Shown here piece by piece: positions 28,786 to 38,014 of a stretch of DNA of 64,000 nt (position 1 is its first letter; each line of letters opens with the position of its first letter). A model generated the notes under the pieces. It searched no databases and was not told the DNA's origin. It saw only the letters and a program-made list of their open reading frames with translations. This DNA is from Chitinophagales bacterium. GTDB lineage: Bacteria; Bacteroidota; Bacteroidia; Chitinophagales; LD1. The stretch lies in NCBI GenBank assembly GCA_046329495.1, contig JAXLUO010000007.1:61749-125748 (forward strand), given 5' to 3'. The position numbers were made by a program, and so were the translations under genes.

Positions 28786-30447
28786 ATGCTTCACAAGCTA
28801 TCCATACGCAATTATGCTATCATCGATAAACTGGATATCGAGTTCTGCGGCGCCTTGAATATTATAACAGGCGAAACCGGGGCCGGTAAGTCTATTTTAT
28901 TGGGGGCCTTAGGGCTGATACTGGGCGAACGGGCCGATAGCAAAGTGCTGTATAACCAGGAAGAGAAGTGTATTGTAGAGGCCGATTTCGACATCAGCGG
29001 CTATAACCTGCGCGACTTTTTTGCTGAGCAGGAGCTGGACTTTGAAGCCCATACTATTGTGCGCCGCGAGATCAACCAGAATGGGAAAAGCCGCGCCTTT
29101 GTAACCGATACCCCGGTTACATTAAATGTATTGCAAACACTGGGCGAAAAACTCGTTAACCTGCATAATCAGCACGAGACATTAGAGCTAACGCGTAGCG
29201 GGTTTCAATTAGCAGTAATTGATGCGCTGGCTAAAAACCAGGGGCCTTTGGCTTCGTATCGTACCTTGTTCCGCCAGTACAAAAAGGATTTTAAACGTTT
29301 GGAAGAGCTGGTTGAAAAGAATCGCGCTGCCACGGCCGAATTGGATTATGTGCAGTTTCAATATAAAGAACTGGCCGAGGCTGGCTTAGAAGCCGGTGAA
29401 CAGGAAAAACTGGAAACCGAGCAAGGCACCTTGAGCAATGTGGAGGAAATTAAAAATGCCCTGCAGGCGTGTATGCAATTACTGGATGGGGGAGAAGTGG
29501 CCGCACTTGACCAATTAGCCGAACTGCAAACCCAACTGAAGAACGTAAAGAATTACAACAAGGATATACTTGCCCTTAGCGAACGACTGCATACCGTGCA
29601 GGAAGAGTTAAAGGACATTGCCCGCGAAATGGACCAACTGCAGGAAAATGCCTCGTTGGATCCCGCCCGCCTGGAGGAGGTAAACAACCGACTGAACACA
29701 CTTTATAAATTGCAGAAAAAGCATCGGGTTAATTCGTTAGAAGAACTACTGGCCTTGCAAAGCAGTTTAGAAGCCCGATTGCAAGGCGTAGATGACAGCA
29801 ATGCAGAGTTGGAGCAATTAAAGAAACAACTGGATAAGCAGTGTAAAGAATTGCAGGCCATGGCCGATAACCTGCATGTGGCCCGCGAGAAGGTGTTGCG
29901 CGAGTTTCAGAATAATGTGGTTGTGCTGCTTACTAAAGTAGGTATGCCGAATGCTTCGTTTAAAGTAGATATACGTAAAGCCGAGCCGCAGCAATTAGGT
30001 GATGCCGGTTTAACGGAGGTGAAGTTTCTGTTCTCGGCCAATCGTGGTTTTGCGCCGCAGGAGATTAAGGACGTAGCCTCCGGTGGTGAACTTTCTCGTT
30101 TAATGCTTTGCATCAAATCGCTGATTGCCGATTCAGACCTGTTGCCTACCATGATCTTCGATGAGATTGATGCGGGCATATCGGGCGAAGTGGCCTTTAA
30201 AACAGGCGAGATTATGAAGCAACTCTCGCGCAATCACCAGTTAATTGCTATTACGCACTTACCGCAAATTGCCCGTGCTGCCGACGAGCACCTATACATC
30301 TACAAACAAAACACCGGCGAACGTACCGTAACCCGTATAAAAACACTAAACGACGAGGAGCGAATCACCGAACTGGCTAAAATGTTAGGTGGCGAAAAGC
30401 CAAGCGAAGCGGCCCTTGCCAATGCCCGCGAATTAATGGCGCTGTAA
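28786..30447 (+). CDS. recN: DNA repair protein RecN
   Basis: Walker A GETGAGKS, long coiled coils, a signature SGGELSRLML and Walker B MIFDEIDAGISG. The start is taken at MLHKLSIRNYAII. Confidence 0.95.
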   Translation: MLHKLSIRNYAIIDKLDIEFCGALNIITGETGAGKSILLGALGLILGERADSKVLYNQEEKCIVEADFDISGYNLRDFFAEQELDFEAHTIVRREINQNGKSRAFVTDTPVTLNVLQTLGEKLVNLHNQHETLELTRSGFQLAVIDALAKNQGPLASYRTLFRQYKKDFKRLEELVEKNRAATAELDYVQFQYKELAEAGLEAGEQEKLETEQGTLSNVEEIKNALQACMQLLDGGEVAALDQLAELQTQLKNVKNYNKDILALSERLHTVQEELKDIAREMDQLQENASLDPARLEEVNNRLNTLYKLQKKHRVNSLEELLALQSSLEARLQGVDDSNAELEQLKKQLDKQCKELQAMADNLHVAREKVLREFQNNVVVLLTKVGMPNASFKVDIRKAEPQQLGDAGLTEVKFLFSANRGFAPQEIKDVASGGELSRLMLCIKSLIADSDLLPTMIFDEIDAGISGEVAFKTGEIMKQLSRNHQLIAITHLPQIARAADEHLYIYKQNTGERTVTRIKTLNDEERITELAKMLGGEKPSEAALANARELMAL

Positions 30448-30451
30448 AAAA

Positions 30452-30490
30452 TAAAAAACCCGGAACAAAGTATTTGCTCCGGGTTTTCTG
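30452..30490. terminator. Bidirectional terminator between convergent recN and the prenyl-synthase fusion gene
   Basis: AACCCGGA...TCCGGGTT stem flanked by an A-run upstream and a T-run downstream. Confidence 0.7.
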
Positions 30491-30519
30491 TCTGATTTCG
30501 GATTTCTGTTTTCTATCGT

Positions 30520-32778
30520 CTAGTAAGTTCTCTCTAACACAAACCAACTAAAGGCACGCAGGTTCAGTTTTACCATGCTATCCAGTACCAGTGGATCTAA
30601 CCGCTGCCAGGCTTTCTCTAATATATTCTTGGCTTCGCGTTCGCAGCTTTCAATCGCTTTTACCTTATCCAGTAAAGCAACGGCTTCGCCAATACGTTCT
30701 ATATTATCGGTATGCGAGTTAACGATCTCCCACAAGCGCTTGCGGTCTTTCTTCTCCAGTAAACCTACGGCCTTGGCAACGGGGTAAGTAATTTTACCCG
30801 CAGTAATGTCTTCGCCTTTGGTTTTCAGGTGATCTTTAAAGCCTTTCAGGTTTAACGTATCGTCAATAATCTGGAACGCTACACCCAGCGCCTCAAAGTA
30901 ATTGCCCAACGCTTCTATTTGTTCGTTGCTGCCCGAGCCCAGCAAACCACCAATACGCGCCAGGTAAGCCGCAGGCGCAGCCGACTTTAAGCGGTGTGTA
31001 GCGGTAACATGCTTAATCAGGGAACGCGCAACCTTATCATCTTTAATAGCCGATGGCATCAGGTAGTTCAGCCCGTGTAAATCCATAGCCTGACCGCTGT
31101 GCGAGGCACGCATAGCTTCGAAATACCAGTTATAGATTTGCACTTTTTCTTTAAAGCCTTTATCAACCCGGTAAATACAAACCTGACCCAGGAAGTAAGC
31201 CGCTGTACCCGAGTTAATCGCCTTCGCTTCACCGAATAAAATATGCGCAGCAGGTCCACCACGGCGCACCAGCGATTTATCCTGCACATCATCTACCATC
31301 AACGAACCGGCGTGTAATAACTCCGGCAAAGCAAGCCAGTCAATGGCCACCTGCGAATCGCCGCCTACCACATCGCAACAGGCAATGGTAGCATACGAGC
31401 GCCACGATTTACCACCACGGTCGGTAATGGTGCGGATAGGTTTCAGGAACGCTTCAATGTATGCTTCTTTATCCAGTCCCTCGGTAAAGTGCTTATTGCC
31501 TTTTGCCGATACCAGTTCTTCAAACTTTTCCTGCCCGAATGCCAACGGCACAATTTGCTCCACCGACTTCAACGTAGTTTTAGAAACAGCCTTCAGAAAC
31601 TCCTTCATGTTGCTGCTATTCACAAAACCGTGACGTTCGATATACCCCGGTCCGCCTACCTTTTTGCCTTTCAGCGTGCCGCTAACATTTACACGTCCTT
31701 CCCAAAATGCCGGTTTCGAAATTACCGTAGCAAACTCCTGGTTAGGGAAGGCTGCTTCTGCAACAACTTTCAATCCAAACTCAGGTGCTTCTAAACTCCA
31801 GGTGTGGGGATACTCATTAAAAGTGCGGGTGCTGGTCCAGGGTTCGCCTTTTTGCGTAAGCTTAAACTTAGTGCTGTGGAGGCGCTTGCCGTTCTGGTCT
31901 ATCATAATAATAAACGAACCGCAATCTTCACCGGTCTTCAAATCAATCAGGTCGTAGGCGGTTAACTCGCAACCGTTATCCAACTGCATGGCAATCCAGT
32001 TCCACGATACATCCTTTTTCAGCTTGTCATTTTTCTTCTGCGGGTGGCAACCAAATTCATGGTCATACCAGCCTGTGGCTTTATCAATAGTAAAGCTCTC
32101 TTTACCAATGCTCAGTTTACCTGTTACCTCGCACTTAGGTATAAAGTAATAGAACATATCCTCTGCCGAAACACCACGCACCACACCATTGTTACCATGT
32201 CGGGTGGCAGGCTTCTGCGGTTTAAAGCGGATGTCAATATTCAGTTTCTGGCGCTTGTGTTGCAGGTGCAGCACATAACTGCCATCGGCTTGTTTGGTAA
32301 AGGTATTACCATCATAATCCAGAAACAGCTTTTCGTTGCTTAGCGTTGGTTCCTTCTTCAGCAACTCATCGGGCAAAGGAACTACGCCTTTCTTCAACAT
32401 CTCAATACCGGCACGGCGAATGAAAGGATCCTTCACCATTTCGCCTCTTTCCAAACGCTCCAAACCCAGTTTAGGCGCACGGCGGTCAACTAACGACACC
32501 GTGTAATATTTCTTTTTTTCAATATCGCTGATACCGAAAATTACCGAGTGCCCGTAAATCGGCTTTTTGCTTTCCTTGTCATAATCAATTACCGTTACAA
32601 AGAACGAGGCAAACAGCGAAAACTGCCGCCCGCCCTTAGCCTGTATATGGCTATGCATATACCACCATTCGGTAGTACTGCTGGCATGTGGCAGGTCATG
32701 TAGTTTCAAATCAATAGGGCCATCTTGTGGCCAATCGGCAGCAAAGAATGCAGGAGCGGGGGAGGATTTCTTCTTCAT
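30520..32778 (-). CDS. Fusion protein: N-terminal CrtC/AttH-like (lipocalin-type hydratase-like) domain plus C-terminal trans-polyprenyl diphosphate synthase domain
   Basis: The N-terminal ~400 aa has an AttH/CrtC-like start (LPHASSTTEWWYMHSHIQ...FSLFASFF). The C-terminal ~330 aa has a first Asp-rich motif LMVDDVQDKSLVRRG and a second motif FQIIDDTLNL (DDxxN rather than DDxxD). Confidence 0.75.
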   Translation of the reverse strand: MKKKSSPAPAFFAADWPQDGPIDLKLHDLPHASSTTEWWYMHSHIQAKGGRQFSLFASFFVTVIDYDKESKKPIYGHSVIFGISDIEKKKYYTVSLVDRRAPKLGLERLERGEMVKDPFIRRAGIEMLKKGVVPLPDELLKKEPTLSNEKLFLDYDGNTFTKQADGSYVLHLQHKRQKLNIDIRFKPQKPATRHGNNGVVRGVSAEDMFYYFIPKCEVTGKLSIGKESFTIDKATGWYDHEFGCHPQKKNDKLKKDVSWNWIAMQLDNGCELTAYDLIDLKTGEDCGSFIIMIDQNGKRLHSTKFKLTQKGEPWTSTRTFNEYPHTWSLEAPEFGLKVVAEAAFPNQEFATVISKPAFWEGRVNVSGTLKGKKVGGPGYIERHGFVNSSNMKEFLKAVSKTTLKSVEQIVPLAFGQEKFEELVSAKGNKHFTEGLDKEAYIEAFLKPIRTITDRGGKSWRSYATIACCDVVGGDSQVAIDWLALPELLHAGSLMVDDVQDKSLVRRGGPAAHILFGEAKAINSGTAAYFLGQVCIYRVDKGFKEKVQIYNWYFEAMRASHSGQAMDLHGLNYLMPSAIKDDKVARSLIKHVTATHRLKSAAPAAYLARIGGLLGSGSNEQIEALGNYFEALGVAFQIIDDTLNLKGFKDHLKTKGEDITAGKITYPVAKAVGLLEKKDRKRLWEIVNSHTDNIERIGEAVALLDKVKAIESCEREAKNILEKAWQRLDPLVLDSMVKLNLRAFSWFVLERTY

Positions 32779-33025
32779 TGAAGCGGTTAACGCATTTTAA
32801 TTTATCGGAATAGAAATTAGCCGGTTTCTCTTTGTTCAATTCAAATTATCGAACACGTTTACAGGTGCTTATAGGGTGTTGCGATAATAAGCAATTAAGC
32901 ACAGCAACGCCGATGATTTTGATGCCTCCAGCGGGTAATTTTATAGCCCGTGCGTATCCGGCTTTCAGATAGAAAGTAAATGTTAGGAAAGGGTTAGGGC
33001 ATAGCAAGCAGCCCTGCTATTAAGT

Positions 33026-34381
33026 CTAAATAATCTCCCAGTAACGCTTGGTTTCCCAGTCGGTAACCACCTTGCTGAACTGCCTCCATTCCCACTCACG
33101 TGTTTGGGTGAAGTGTTCTACAAACTGCGCCCCGAAAAGTTCCTTTGCCACCTTGCTTTCTTTCATGGCTTGGGTGGCTTCCCACAGGTTGCGCGGTAAG
33201 GTGCCGTGGCTGATATCGCGGTAGCCGCTGCCGTTGGTGGCGGGCTGTAATTTTAATTTGTTCTTTACGCCATATAAACCGGTGGCCATACATGCAGCTA
33301 AGGCCAGATAAGGGTTGCTATCGCTACCCACCACCCGTGTTTCTAAGCGGGTTGATTTGGATGAACCCGGCAAAGCACGCAATGCAACGGTACGGTTATC
33401 TATAGCCCAGGTAAGCGTAGTTGGCGCCCAGGCACCTTCCACCAAACGCTTGTAGCTGTTAATGGTGGGGGCAATCATGGGCAGTATAAACGGCAAACAA
33501 TACAACTGACCGGCCGTGTAACTCTTCATCACCTCGCTGATCTTATCCTTTGCCTTGTCGTCGAAAAATAGGTTTTTCTTGCCCGCCTTATCCCACAAAC
33601 TTTGGTGCACGTGTCCGCTGCAGCCCGGCAGGTTCTCGTTGGTTTTTGCCATAAAGGTGGCCATAATACCGTGGCGATAAGCTATCTCCTTCGTTCCGCT
33701 CTTAAACAGCACAGCACGGTCGGCGGCTTCTAAAGGTTCACCATAGGTAATAGCAGCTTCATATACCCCGGGTCCGGTCTCTGTATGCAAACCTTCCAAC
33801 GGTACATTAAAGTTTTGCATGTCCTCAAACAGGGCCGTAAAAAAGTCGTTGCGTAAGGTGCTGCGCAGAATAGAATAACCAAACATGCCCGGGGTTAATG
33901 GTGTTAGGTTGGTGTAATTCTTTTCTGCAGCGCTTTGTGGTGTCTCTGCAAAGTTAAACCACTCAAACTCCTGCGACATTACAATAGAATATCCGGCTTT
34001 ATCTACATCACCAATTACTTTGCGCAACAACTGGCGCGGACAAACATATAAGGGCTTTCCTTCATCGGTAATAAACTCGCCTAAAAAGAAAGGCACGTTA
34101 TTCTCCCAAGGTATTTTGCGGAAAGTGTTTAAATCAATACGCGCTTTTGCATCGGGGTAACCGCTGTGCCAGCCGGTGTAGTTAGTGTTGTCATAAGCCA
34201 CATCACTGCTGTCCCAGCCAAACACCACATCACAAAAACCCATGTTACCATCGGCAATGCTCAAAAACTTATCTACCGAAACATACTTGCCACGCAGCAC
34301 ACCATCAATATCCGTAATGGCCAGTTTAACTTTTTTAGAAGGATGGTTTTTAACGTAGTCGAGGATCTGTTTGGTGGTCAT
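33026..34381 (-). CDS. Glutamine synthetase family protein (type I-like; GlnA/PuuA-type ligase)
   Basis: 451 aa, with motifs GCSGHVHQSLW, NSYKRLVEGAWAP and RLETRVVGSDSNPYLA. Confidence 0.85.
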   Translation of the reverse strand: MTTKQILDYVKNHPSKKVKLAITDIDGVLRGKYVSVDKFLSIADGNMGFCDVVFGWDSSDVAYDNTNYTGWHSGYPDAKARIDLNTFRKIPWENNVPFFLGEFITDEGKPLYVCPRQLLRKVIGDVDKAGYSIVMSQEFEWFNFAETPQSAAEKNYTNLTPLTPGMFGYSILRSTLRNDFFTALFEDMQNFNVPLEGLHTETGPGVYEAAITYGEPLEAADRAVLFKSGTKEIAYRHGIMATFMAKTNENLPGCSGHVHQSLWDKAGKKNLFFDDKAKDKISEVMKSYTAGQLYCLPFILPMIAPTINSYKRLVEGAWAPTTLTWAIDNRTVALRALPGSSKSTRLETRVVGSDSNPYLALAACMATGLYGVKNKLKLQPATNGSGYRDISHGTLPRNLWEATQAMKESKVAKELFGAQFVEHFTQTREWEWRQFSKVVTDWETKRYWEII

Positions 34382-34469
34382 TTTAGTAGTGGTTTACCCG
34401 GCTTGAAAATACAATTAGCAGCGAAAGAGGCAAAGGGATTTTTGGGTTTGTTATTAGTTCTCCAGAGGG

Positions 34470-34545
34470 CGGGTCCACCCTGGGCTATGCTTCCCACTAA
34501 CTCCCTAAAGGGAGAACCGCCACCCAGGGCCTCCCATAGCCCTAC
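34470..34545 (-). repeat. Hairpin-core repeat (family R1), reverse orientation
   Basis: TCCCACTAACTCCCTAAAGGGAGAACCGC (34492-34520) is the reverse complement, 28 of 29 nt, of 35118-35146. The flanking CTGGGCTATGC / CCCAGGGC segments also match the family. Confidence 0.9.
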
Positions 34546-34569
34546 TCATGGCTGAGTCATTAAACGCGT

Positions 34570-34983
34570 TTATGTCTCATTATTACCGTTAACACTATTC
34601 TTCAATGTCTTCATCGTCTGTTTTATTTTTTCCAAAACAATATCCGGCTCATTAAACACTTCGCCATTTGTAAAGCGCAGAACATGAATGCCTAATCGCC
34701 GCATATCCTCATCCCAAAAATCATCGTAATCCTTAACACTTTTCTGCAGGTGATTGCCGCCGTCAATTTCTATTACCAGCCGAACTTTATGGCAATAAAA
34801 GTCTGCAATGAATGTGGCAATCGGATGCTGCCTTCTTAGGTTAAAACCCTGTAGCGGGTCTTCACTCCATTTCTGCCAGATAATCCCCTCTTCCACCGTA
34901 GCATGATTTCGCATTTGGTGCGCATACGCCATCAACTTAGGCGAAGCACCATAATACATCCCTTGCATGCCATTACTATTCAT
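34570..34983 (-). CDS. DUF559 (Vsr/restriction-endonuclease-like fold) domain protein
   Basis: Pattern typical of DUF559: ...HATVEEGIIWQKW...LRRQHPIATFIADFYCHKVRLVIEIDGGNH...DEDMRRLGIHVLRFTNGEV. The track start at 35064 reads through a degenerate repeat copy, so I start at MNSNGMQG (34983). Confidence 0.8.
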   Translation of the reverse strand: MNSNGMQGMYYGASPKLMAYAHQMRNHATVEEGIIWQKWSEDPLQGFNLRRQHPIATFIADFYCHKVRLVIEIDGGNHLQKSVKDYDDFWDEDMRRLGIHVLRFTNGEVFNEPDIVLEKIKQTMKTLKNSVNGNNET

Positions 34984-35012
34984 TCCTGTAAGATATGCTA
35001 TTAACTGGATTT

Positions 35013-35390
35013 CTGCCACTGCCTGGCCGTTCTCCCTCCAGGAATTAGTGGAATGCGAGACCAATGGAATCCGTACGCTTTTAATTTAGGCTCATTGGGT
35101 CCTTTGCCCACTGCATAGCGGTTCTCCCTTCAGGGAGTTAGTGGGATGCGCGGCCCATGGCCTGTTCGTCCAATCCGTCCATTGGTTCAATTACCAATCT
35201 ACCAATCACTGATCAACTATTCCACCGTATCATTCCCATCATAACCATCCGCGTTCTATTCCCCACTAGCCCACTGCATAGCGGTTCTCCCTTTAGGGAG
35301 TCAGTGGGATGCGTTGCCAATGGCTAACTTGTATTGTCTAAGCGCAGCGGTTATCCCATCAGCGAGTCAGTGGCATAAGAGGCCAATTGA
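35013..35390 (+). repeat. Cluster of four forward-orientation R1 hairpin-core repeats with stutter modules
   Basis: Copies lie at about 35013-35066 (degenerate), 35105-35160, 35269-35323 and 35340-35385 (degenerate). They are interleaved with GTCCAAT/CCAATC stutters and the ATAACCATCCGCGTTC module. Confidence 0.85.
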
Positions 35391-35405
35391 ATGCTTAACC
35401 CGCAC

Positions 35406-37160
35406 CTACCTCACCACCACCCTCTTCACCACCTCATTCCCTTCCATCCGGTAGCGCAGCAAATAAACGCCTGCGGCTAAGCCCTCGGTATTTAAAAAGG
35501 CATGGTTTTCTCCTGGCTTGCTAAGACCATTATAAACGTTCATCACCTGCTCACCCAGTAGGTTCAGGCAATCAACGCTTACATGCACTGCAGCTTTGGT
35601 GGTAAAAGGCAAACAGGTTATGCCCTTCGATGGATTCGGAAATACCTCACCAACGGCAATGGCATCAGCACCTAAAGCTGCAACGCCGGTTTCAGTGCCC
35701 AATACATGAAAATTATAGAAACCCTCCGGTGCCACAATAGGCCGCACCTGCTGCTTACCGCTAGCGGCTTGCGCGTGGATGTAATAAAACACCTCCGTGC
35801 CTGCCGGCTGTGCAGGTATGCTGGCTTGCCAATCATTACCGCCTGTATTGTTCATAGTAACCGATTGATAAGCCTGGGTGGTATCAGTAGTATAATACAG
35901 CGTGGCACTTTGTATACCACTGCGGTGGCGGATGCCGGCGGTAACAGTATAAGCCGTTGAAGTATTATAGGTATCGCGTAGGCGCATATGGTTAATCAAC
36001 AGCGGATCGCTAACCCCAATCTCGTGCGTAATACAATGCAGCGCCCCGCTGGAGGGTATGCTGCTGGTACTATTTATACCCACTACCCGGTAGCCGGGGC
36101 AAGCCTCGCGCCAAATGCGCAGCGCGGTGGTGTCCATCGTTTTGTTGTAAGTGGGTACGATGATAGTTTTATTGATGAACGAAGCATTGGTATAGGTATA
36201 ATACGTGCCGCCATTGTTAGGGTAAATACCGCCGTCACTCGGCACGGGCATACGCACTACCCGGTAATCGGTGCCGTAAACGGTTTTGTAATTGGCCAGT
36301 ATCCACTGCATGTTGGCTTCAATCTGCGGACCATCAGCTACACCTTGCGGATACTCACTCACCAGCAGCGTTTCTTCATCCAGCAACTTCATGTGCATGT
36401 CTATATGGTGTATGCCGTCATAAGGCAATGTTTGCATTTTTATATAGCGCTCAATACCCATAAAGTTTTTCATAATGGTATCAATCTCCGCCTCGGTATG
36501 GTTTACACCGAAGCCGCCTGCAGTGCTGTTATCGGTTAATATCAATTTGCTGGCAAAGGCGGTGCCCATACCATCACTCATATAATTACCGCCGGTATTT
36601 ACCAAAGCATAAGGTGCCTGCGTAGTGTGATAAACAGGTATGCCCATATTGCGGGCCAGGCCCTCAGGTATCGTATCATCCTTCGGCCGCGGACGGTTAT
36701 ATATCCAATCCACCAACACCAGCGAATCAACCCCGTTCAGGTAAACCGGGTTCTGTCCATAATCTCTTGCCCAAACCGTGTTGTAGGGAATAGTAAGGAA
36801 AGTAATATTCGAAGTATCAATCCCATTACTTTGCAAATCGCTAATAACTGATGAAGCGCTGCTACACACAATATACATGCGGCACTCCTGCTTACCATAG
36901 CGCACAATCTCGCGCAGCATACTGCTGTAACTGGTCCAGGTAATCAAATATCCCTGCGATTCCTCCCACTCAGCCATAGCGCGCACCGGCCCCTGCGGCG
37001 GACTGAAAAACGGCGAATAACTCCGCTCGCTGAAATCCGTCAACGGCGGCTGATACGTTTTCAGCATCTCCACCTCACCGGCGGTCAATCCGTTTGGTAA
37101 ATCCTGTGCTATGGCACCCAAACCAAGCAACACAAAAAACAACAGTAAAAAACAGCGCAT
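35406..37160 (-). CDS. Agmatine deiminase / peptidyl-arginine deiminase (PAD_porph) family enzyme with T9SS C-terminal sorting domain
   Basis: Signal peptide and guanidino-modifying motifs (VWARDYGQNP, NTGGNYMSDGMG, GIHHIDMHMKL, catalytic GALHCITHEI). The C-terminal ~80 aa matches a T9SS CTD (VFPNPSKGITCL...AGVYLLRY...KRVVVR). Confidence 0.85.
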   Translation of the reverse strand: MRCFLLLFFVLLGLGAIAQDLPNGLTAGEVEMLKTYQPPLTDFSERSYSPFFSPPQGPVRAMAEWEESQGYLITWTSYSSMLREIVRYGKQECRMYIVCSSASSVISDLQSNGIDTSNITFLTIPYNTVWARDYGQNPVYLNGVDSLVLVDWIYNRPRPKDDTIPEGLARNMGIPVYHTTQAPYALVNTGGNYMSDGMGTAFASKLILTDNSTAGGFGVNHTEAEIDTIMKNFMGIERYIKMQTLPYDGIHHIDMHMKLLDEETLLVSEYPQGVADGPQIEANMQWILANYKTVYGTDYRVVRMPVPSDGGIYPNNGGTYYTYTNASFINKTIIVPTYNKTMDTTALRIWREACPGYRVVGINSTSSIPSSGALHCITHEIGVSDPLLINHMRLRDTYNTSTAYTVTAGIRHRSGIQSATLYYTTDTTQAYQSVTMNNTGGNDWQASIPAQPAGTEVFYYIHAQAASGKQQVRPIVAPEGFYNFHVLGTETGVAALGADAIAVGEVFPNPSKGITCLPFTTKAAVHVSVDCLNLLGEQVMNVYNGLSKPGENHAFLNTEGLAAGVYLLRYRMEGNEVVKRVVVR

Positions 37161-37214
37161 GCAAAAGCGTTTAGCTAATTGAAAATAGCACCTTTTACCA
37201 ATCCGTCACCTTTA

Positions 37215-37965
37215 GCCCCTGCGCAGCGGTTCTCCCTTTAGGGAGTCAGTGGGATGCGAGGCCGTCAACCAATCCCCCCTATCATTCCCATCATAACCAT
37301 CCGCGTTCATCAGCGTTCTATTTTCCCTTGCCCCTGCGCAGCGGTCCTCCCTTTAGGGAGCCAGTGGGTAGCGAAGCCATTCGTCCAATTTGTCCAATCC
37401 GCCCAATTACCCATTTCATCATACTCAATCATAACCATCCGCGTCCATCAGCGTTCCATTCCCCACTAGCCCCTGCGCAGCGGTCCTCCCTTTAGGGAGT
37501 TAGTGGGTAGCGCAGCCCATGGCCATTCGTCCAATTTGTCCAATCCGTCCAATTACCCATTCATCATCCTCAATCATAACCATCCGCGTTCATCAGCGTT
37601 CTATTTTCCCTTGCCCCTGCGTAGCGGTTCTCCCTTTAGGGAGTCAGTGGGATGCGAGGCCGCTCACCAATCTACCCTATCATGCCCATCATAACCATCC
37701 GCGTTCATCCGCGTTCCATTTCCCATGCCCACTGCGTAGCGGTTCTCCCTTTAGGGAGTCAGTGGGATGCGAGGCCGTCAACCAATCCCCCCTATCATCC
37801 TCAATCATAACCATCCGCGTTCATCAGCGTTCTATTTTCCCTTGCCCCTGCGCAGCGGTCCTCCCTTTAGGGAGCCAGTGGGTAGCGAAGCCATTCGTCC
37901 AATTGGTTCAATCCGTCCAATTCGTTCAATTACCAATCACCCATCTACCAATCACCAATCCACTT
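37215..37965 (+). repeat. Six-unit tandem array of composite R1 repeats (units of about 114-144 bp, two subtypes)
   Basis: Units start at 37215, 37330, 37469, 37613, 37727 and 37844. Each has GCCCCTGCGCAGCGGTyCTCCCTTTAGGGAGyyAGTGGG, then variable CCAAT stutters, then CATCATAACCATCCGCGTTCATCAGCGTTCTATTTTCCC. The subtype order is A-B-B-A-A-B. Confidence 0.95.
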
Positions 37966-38014
37966 GCATTTCCCACCCCTTCTTCCTTATTTAGTCTACC
38001 CAAACCCCCAAACT

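Noticed and set aside
37215-37965. Possible CRISPR array
   Set aside because: Units are about 115-145 bp and abut each other with no unique spacers. No cas genes are in the window. The repeat is a mosaic of modules that also occur singly elsewhere.
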